11,912 bases of DNA from Candidatus Cloacimonadota bacterium. Lineage in GTDB: Bacteria > Cloacimonadota > Cloacimonadia > Cloacimonadales > WRIO01. The notes below the pieces were generated by a model, which saw only the letters and a list, made by a program, of their open reading frames with translations, ran no database searches and had not been told where the DNA came from. The DNA lies in the NCBI GenBank assembly GCA_029564175.1, contig JAKQQL010000480.1, forward strand, positions 1 through 11,912, written 5' to 3'. A program made the position numbers and the translations under genes. Each line of letters begins with the position of its first letter. Positions within the stretch are counted from its first letter, which is position 1. Positions 7,566 to 11,912 of the stretch are shown one piece after another.

Positions 7566-8396
7566 ATGATTTTGCTGCCAGCTGAGAGATATTATCTTTT
7601 AGATAAACGTATAAATGAAGTACAGATTAATAATCTGTTTGCACGATCTGTGATTGAAAAGCATGTAACCGGTAAGATATATGTGGATAATATTATGGAA
7701 CCCCATACTTTCTATGTTATTCATCCATATGGAATATCACTGCTTTTTGGTGATCATAAAAATGTTGAGTTTAATAGCCGGTTCAAATCTTACGCATTGA
7801 ATATTGATAATATACGTAATAAACATGAGTGGATTCAGACTTATCCCAGAGAATGGGATACTGTTCTTCAGGATTTGTTTGGCAGCTTGATGATAAAATT
7901 TTCCGAAAACACAGAGAACATAACAAATGGAGTAATTGAACTAAATACCCGGGTGAATTTCATTTTCAACAGAGATAAGTATTTACAGCTTGAAAAGTCT
8001 GTCCATTCAAGTAACGACAAGATTGTGGATACAGATACTCTGCATTTTGAGCGAATGCAAGGGAGTGTAATTCCTCTTAAATTCTGGGACTCAGCTAAGG
8101 ATTTTATACAAAAAGGAAAAGGATTTACATTACTGCATAACGGGGAGATTGCTTCGACTGCTTATTCTGCATATGTCCACGGGAATTTGCTTGAAATTGG
8201 TATTGAAACCGTGGAAAAGTATCGGGGCTTTGGATTTGCAGAATTGACTTGCTGTAAGATAATTGATTATTGCCTGGAAAGAGCATTAATACCAGTTTGG
8301 TCATGTCGATTTGAAAATACAGCGTCATATAAACTGGCGCAGAAATTAGGATTTGAACCAGTAGCAATGATTCCGTTTTATCGACTGAGTAATTAA
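7566..8396 (+). CDS. GNAT family acetyltransferase with N-terminal extension
   Basis: 276 aa. C-terminal EIGIETVEKYRGFGFA...PVWSC...NTASYKLAQKLGF. Confidence 0.9.
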   Translation: MILLPAERYYLLDKRINEVQINNLFARSVIEKHVTGKIYVDNIMEPHTFYVIHPYGISLLFGDHKNVEFNSRFKSYALNIDNIRNKHEWIQTYPREWDTVLQDLFGSLMIKFSENTENITNGVIELNTRVNFIFNRDKYLQLEKSVHSSNDKIVDTDTLHFERMQGSVIPLKFWDSAKDFIQKGKGFTLLHNGEIASTAYSAYVHGNLLEIGIETVEKYRGFGFAELTCCKIIDYCLERALIPVWSCRFENTASYKLAQKLGFEPVAMIPFYRLSN

Positions 8397-8405
8397 GAAT
8401 TGGCA

Positions 8406-8606
8406 GCGCCCGAATCCGATACTGTTCATTGGCGGCAAAGTGCTCTTTAGAAGGGCAGTCTGGCAGACTTGCAACCCCGCTACTCGCTACACTCGAACGG
8501 GGCGCTGCGGAACAGTCTTACTGCCCCGCTGGCGCATGGAAACAAGGACTCAGATCGGTGCTTACATCGGATAATACAACCGCATCATATTGATAGACTG
8601 TCAGGT
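8406..8606 (+). repeat. attC-like cassette boundary 8 with extra GC-rich hairpins
   Basis: GCGCCCGAA 8406-8414, AGTCTG-G-CAGACT palindrome, CCCCG...CGGGG stem, conserved motif 8546-8577 and core-like GTCAGGT 8600-8606. Confidence 0.62.
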
Positions 8607-8635
8607 GAAAGCCGTTTTAACCGATACTCCCGGAA

Positions 8636-9166
8636 ATGACTGAAAAAATACAGGGAAAATTAGTAACCCTGAGACCTGCCACGATGCAGGACCGCAGACC
8701 AATATTCGATTGGCTGACAAACTCTGATTTAACCAGTTCCATGATGGGGCCTCCAATATATGCTGATGGCAAGATCCCATCGTGGGAAGAATTTAAAGAA
8801 GATTATAAAGAATACTTTTTCGATAGTACCCAGCCACAACTGGGAAGATGCTTTATAATTGAAGTAAATGGAGAACCGGTAGGACAAATTAATCACGACA
8901 GGATTTATCCCGAAGATAAGTCCACCGAACTCGATATATGGTTAAAAAGCAGCATGTACACTGGTAAAGGGTATGGATCAGATGCATTACAAACATTATG
9001 TGCTTTCTTAAACGTCGGATATTCCTGTAACAAATTTATTATTGCTCCATCAAAACGAAATACCAGAGCTATCAAGGCATACAAAAAAGCAGGTTTTGTT
9101 GAATCTGCCGAACCGATAAGAAGTCCTGATTATTTCGATACAGTTGTATTAGTAAAAACCCTGTAA
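8636..9166 (+). CDS. GNAT family N-acetyltransferase (RimJ/RimL-like)
   Basis: 176 aa. VTLRPAT, FIIEVNGEPVGQI, YTGKGYGSDAL, NTRAIKAYKKAGF. Confidence 0.9.
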   Translation: MTEKIQGKLVTLRPATMQDRRPIFDWLTNSDLTSSMMGPPIYADGKIPSWEEFKEDYKEYFFDSTQPQLGRCFIIEVNGEPVGQINHDRIYPEDKSTELDIWLKSSMYTGKGYGSDALQTLCAFLNVGYSCNKFIIAPSKRNTRAIKAYKKAGFVESAEPIRSPDYFDTVVLVKTL

Positions 9167-9200
9167 ATAAGAATTGTCATCAGGATTTAATTAAGATCCA

Positions 9201-9227
9201 GCCACTAACCGCCGGACCGTCAGGTAA
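9201..9227 (+). repeat. Right half only of an attC-like boundary
   Basis: CACTAACCGCCGGACC-GTCAGGT aligns with CACTACCGCCGGGCC-ATTAACG at 6832-6853. Confidence 0.58.
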
Positions 9228-9285
9228 GATTGAATGCTTTCTGCCCGTAAGAAAATATTTGTAACTTTCAGAATAAAATAAAACT

Positions 9286-9606
9286 ATGATCTCAAGAATC
9301 TGGCATGGCTTCACAACCAAAAACAATGCGGACACTTATGAGAATCTGTTAAAAACCGAAATTTTTGTCGGAATAAAGGACAGGCACATAAAAGGTTATA
9401 AAGGAATTCAACTATTGAGAAGAGAACTTCCGGGCGAAACGGAATTTATAACTGTTATGTGGTTCGATTCATTAGATTCTGTTAAAGACTTTGCCGGTAA
9501 TGAATACGAAAAAGCAGTTGTTCCCGAAAAAGCTCAAAAAGTCCTGTCGCGATTTGACAAGATGTCACAACATTATTCGGTCATAGTCGATAATTTCAAA
9601 ATTTAA
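9286..9606 (+). CDS. Antibiotic biosynthesis monooxygenase-like (dimeric alpha-beta barrel) protein
   Basis: 106 aa. MISRIWHG...GYKGIQLLRR...EFITVMWFDSLDSVKDFAG..YEKAVVP. Confidence 0.82.
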   Translation: MISRIWHGFTTKNNADTYENLLKTEIFVGIKDRHIKGYKGIQLLRRELPGETEFITVMWFDSLDSVKDFAGNEYEKAVVPEKAQKVLSRFDKMSQHYSVIVDNFKI

Positions 9607-9608
9607 CG

Positions 9609-9774
9609 TTACCTGAAATGGACGCCAGTGCTAATAATATTGTCACGCTTCGCACCCGAATGTACGAGGTCAGTCAGGCGGACTGGCTTCGAACGTGTGG
9701 GGTATTGGGATCCTGCCCGGATTCTGTCGTTGGGTAACACCTACTAAAGTATACTGCCTGGCTGTTATAAAGCA
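9609..9774 (+). repeat. attC-like cassette boundary 10
   Basis: TTACCTGAA 9609-9617, GGACGCCAGTGCTAATA (compare GGACGGCAGGGCCAATA at 6711), CAGTCAGGCGG 9671, conserved motif 9708-9740 and core GTTATAA 9764-9770. Confidence 0.72.
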
Positions 9775-9802
9775 TTGAAATTCTACACATAAAAAACTGA
9801 CT

Positions 9803-10324
9803 ATGAAAGAAGCTGAAGCAGTAATCCGGGAAATTTCATCCTTGATCCTAACCTGGGAACCAAAACTGATGGAATTAAATGATGAATTTCTTGGTGCTGT
9901 GAAAAATAAACAAAACAGAACTATAAAACAGATTCTGGGCCATCTCATTGACTCAACATCAAACAACACTCATAGAGTAATTCATCTGCAGTATCAGAAA
10001 AGTCCCTTTAACTTTCCAAACTATGCGACTTACGGAAATAACGACCGATGGATTGCAATACAGAAATATCAAAAAGAAGATTGGAAAAATATGGTTCAGT
10101 TGTGGAAGTACTCCCTTTTTCATTTCTGCCATGTAATCAAAAACGTTAAAGGTTCGAAACTGGGAAATGAATGGATTGCTGGTCCCGATGAGAAAATAAC
10201 ATTAAAGACAATGATACTGGACTTCCCAAAGCATTTAAGACTTCATCTTTCAGAAATAGAAGACCTTATTAATGTAATAAATGATTGTCGCTCAAGTGAT
10301 GATCTTATCCGGACTAGAAACTAA
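9803..10324 (+). CDS. DinB/YfiT-like family protein
   Basis: 173 aa. TIKQILGHLIDS..NN.HR and C-terminal HLRLHL metal-binding His pattern. Confidence 0.85.
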   Translation: MKEAEAVIREISSLILTWEPKLMELNDEFLGAVKNKQNRTIKQILGHLIDSTSNNTHRVIHLQYQKSPFNFPNYATYGNNDRWIAIQKYQKEDWKNMVQLWKYSLFHFCHVIKNVKGSKLGNEWIAGPDEKITLKTMILDFPKHLRLHLSEIEDLINVINDCRSSDDLIRTRN

Positions 10325-10331
10325 TATAAAG

Positions 10332-10355
10332 TGCCTTGTAATAAGAACCGTATAA
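10332..10355 (+). repeat. Left half only of an attC-like boundary
   Basis: TGCCTTGTAAT 10332-10342, then CCGTATAAA (compare CGGTATAAAA at 2388), abutting the next ATG. Confidence 0.5.
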
Positions 10356-10766
10356 ATGAAAAATTCATCATTCCTTGACCCCCGGCTTGTTTCCCCTTGC
10401 GGAATTCATTGTGGAACTTGTTATGCGTACCTTCGGGATAAGAACAAATGTCCTGACTGCAGGTATCTGGATGATCCATTGCCCAATTTTCGTCAACGCT
10501 GCAAGATAGCTACCTGCCAGACACTTGCCGGGACAAAATCAGGATTCTGCTACGACTGTGATAAAATACCATGCAGGAGATTGAAAGATCTTGACAAAAG
10601 ATACCGGACAGGATATAATACCGGACTTCTTCAAAATCTCGCATTAATCAAAGAACAGGGAATGACGAGGTTCCTTGATCTTGAATTAAAGAAAAGAACC
10701 TGCCCGGATTGTGGATCAATAATAAGTGTCCACCGGGATAGTTGCACGATATGCAAGAATAATTAA
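10356..10766 (+). CDS. DUF3795-like cysteine-rich (probable metal-binding) protein
   Basis: PCGIHCGTC, CPDCR, CKIATC, FCYDCDKIPCRRL and C-terminal CPDCG...CTIC. Confidence 0.85.
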   Translation: MKNSSFLDPRLVSPCGIHCGTCYAYLRDKNKCPDCRYLDDPLPNFRQRCKIATCQTLAGTKSGFCYDCDKIPCRRLKDLDKRYRTGYNTGLLQNLALIKEQGMTRFLDLELKKRTCPDCGSIISVHRDSCTICKNN

Positions 10767-10767
10767 T

Positions 10768-10881
10768 AAACAACACTTAAAAAACAGTCAGGCGGGCTGG
10801 CCCCTGTCGCACGTTGTATGGGATTCTAACGGGATTCTGGGTCGGATAACACAAGCTCCCCATTTTTCAGGGCTGTTGACA
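10768..10881 (+). repeat. attC-like cassette boundary 12
   Basis: AAACAAC 10768-10774, CAGTCAGGCGG 10785, conserved motif 10821-10852 and GGCT-GTTGACA core 10875-10881. 10785-10852 resembles 9671-9740. Confidence 0.68.
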
Positions 10882-10921
10882 GCGGTATAAATACAATCAC
10901 AAGTTCTGAAGTACAAATATT

Positions 10922-11912
10922 ATGAATACAAAATTTTCAGGATTTGCTATACTTTTCTCACTAATAAGTTTGAAAGTATCAACCCAGGAATGTGATTGCT
11001 CATCACAGTTTCTTTACATAAAAAATTACATAGAGAACAATAATCCTGCTTTTCAAAGTATTAAAAGCAATTATGAAGAATATGAGAATTACAGAAAACA
11101 GGTAAAGGTCATAACAGATTTAACCAGAAAAGAAAAATCAATCGATCGTTGCGTCATCTACCTTGAAGATTATTTTTTATTGTTAAAAGATAATCACAGC
11201 GGTATTGACTTAAACATTGCAAGGCTACCAATAGATCTCAACTCTCAACGTTCAATTGATGATTACAAACAAACAAAAAATTACCAGTCCTTCGAAAAAG
11301 TCAGGATAGATACCGCAGCTTTTGTCGCAAAACTTAAATCTAAGCCAATTAATGATATTGAAGGGATTTATACCAATGGCGGAAGCTTATACTTTGGCGT
11401 TATAAAATCAAAGAGAGATAGTTACAAAGGAATTGTACTCCGTAAAACAAGTTTGCTTGACGTAGGCCATGTTCTAATGGATATCAAAAGAAAAGATGAT
11501 ATTACGTTCGCTTTTACTCTTCACTATGGGTTACTTGCTTTCAACTTTCAGAATATTTACATGAAAATCAAACCTGAAAGAGGAAGAATTACTGAACTTG
11601 GATTTACGAAGGTAGGTGTAGAAGAAGCAGAAGATGTAAAGCCATATGAATTCCGGCTGCTGGATTCTGCAACAAATTACCTGCGGATATCGTCATTCAG
11701 CATAAGTTTAAAACAAGAATTAGAACTTTTTTACCAGTCTGTAGATAGTTCTGTACAAGAGAAACCCTACCTGATTCTTGATTTAAGAAACAACGGAGGT
11801 GGTGCTGAAGAATGTTATACCTACCTTTTAAAATATTTCTATACCAAACCCTTTGCTATTGATCTGGCTGATGTCTGGGTTTCACCTGATAACATCAAAA
11901 AATACGAAAGTG
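10922..11912 (+). CDS. S41 family peptidase, exported, 3' end beyond window
   Basis: Not in the ORF track because there is no stop. Open from ATG 10922 (MNTKFSGFAILFSLISL..QECDC) to the window end, with YLRISSF and YLILDLRNNGGG. Confidence 0.88.
   Translation, partial: MNTKFSGFAILFSLISLKVSTQECDCSSQFLYIKNYIENNNPAFQSIKSNYEEYENYRKQVKVITDLTRKEKSIDRCVIYLEDYFLLLKDNHSGIDLNIARLPIDLNSQRSIDDYKQTKNYQSFEKVRIDTAAFVAKLKSKPINDIEGIYTNGGSLYFGVIKSKRDSYKGIVLRKTSLLDVGHVLMDIKRKDDITFAFTLHYGLLAFNFQNIYMKIKPERGRITELGFTKVGVEEAEDVKPYEFRLLDSATNYLRISSFSISLKQELELFYQSVDSSVQEKPYLILDLRNNGGGAEECYTYLLKYFYTKPFAIDLADVWVSPDNIKKYES

Noticed and set aside
8636..9166. Calling this GNAT an aminoglycoside acetyltransferase AAC(6')
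   Set aside because: Only generic GNAT motifs are visible, so the substrate cannot be assigned without a search or assay.
9252..9272. Bacteroidota -7 promoter (TAnnTTTG-like AATATTTG / TAACTTTC)
   Set aside because: Both candidates mismatch the consensus and AT-rich DNA gives such matches by chance.
2644..9969. Minus-strand ORFs (2644-2886, 3683-3886, 4726-4995, 4976-5266, 6640-6891, 6931-7146, 8125-8367, 9670-9969)
   Set aside because: All are short, antisense to well-supported genes or spacers, and carry no recognisable motifs.
2378..10881. CRISPR array
   Set aside because: The repeats are long, degenerate and separated by whole genes rather than 30-40 bp spacers, and no cas genes are present.
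1..11912. Integron integrase, attI or Pc promoter
   Set aside because: No tyrosine recombinase ORF is visible on either strand, so attI and Pc cannot be assigned within this window.

Overview
AT-rich bacterial window, probably Bacteroidota (inferred from protein style and near absence of Shine-Dalgarno sites). It starts with the likely 3' end of an IS66-type element, then terC, a broken dedA and a 6-TM voltage-gated ion channel whose filter (TLEGWTD) resembles the Ca2+-selective CavMr type. From about 2.4 kb to the end is a head-to-tail, all-plus-strand array of small unrelated genes: alpha/beta hydrolase, ICMT-family methyltransferase, peptidase fragment, SnoaL-like, VOC, hypothetical, three GNATs, ABM-like, DinB, DUF3795-like and an S41 peptidase. 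They are separated by GC-richer, imperfectly palindromic spacers of one degenerate family. The key observation is that the GTT-like core at the LEFT end of a gene unit is complementary to the AAC-like inverse core at the RIGHT end of the same unit, and these pairs co-vary from unit to unit. This is the signature of integron-type gene cassettes. No integrase is in the window, so it reads as a decaying CALIN-like array with an atypical attC-like family, pseudogenes, half-sites and a HigB toxin remnant. All protein family calls are by eye and memory of motifs, not by database search.
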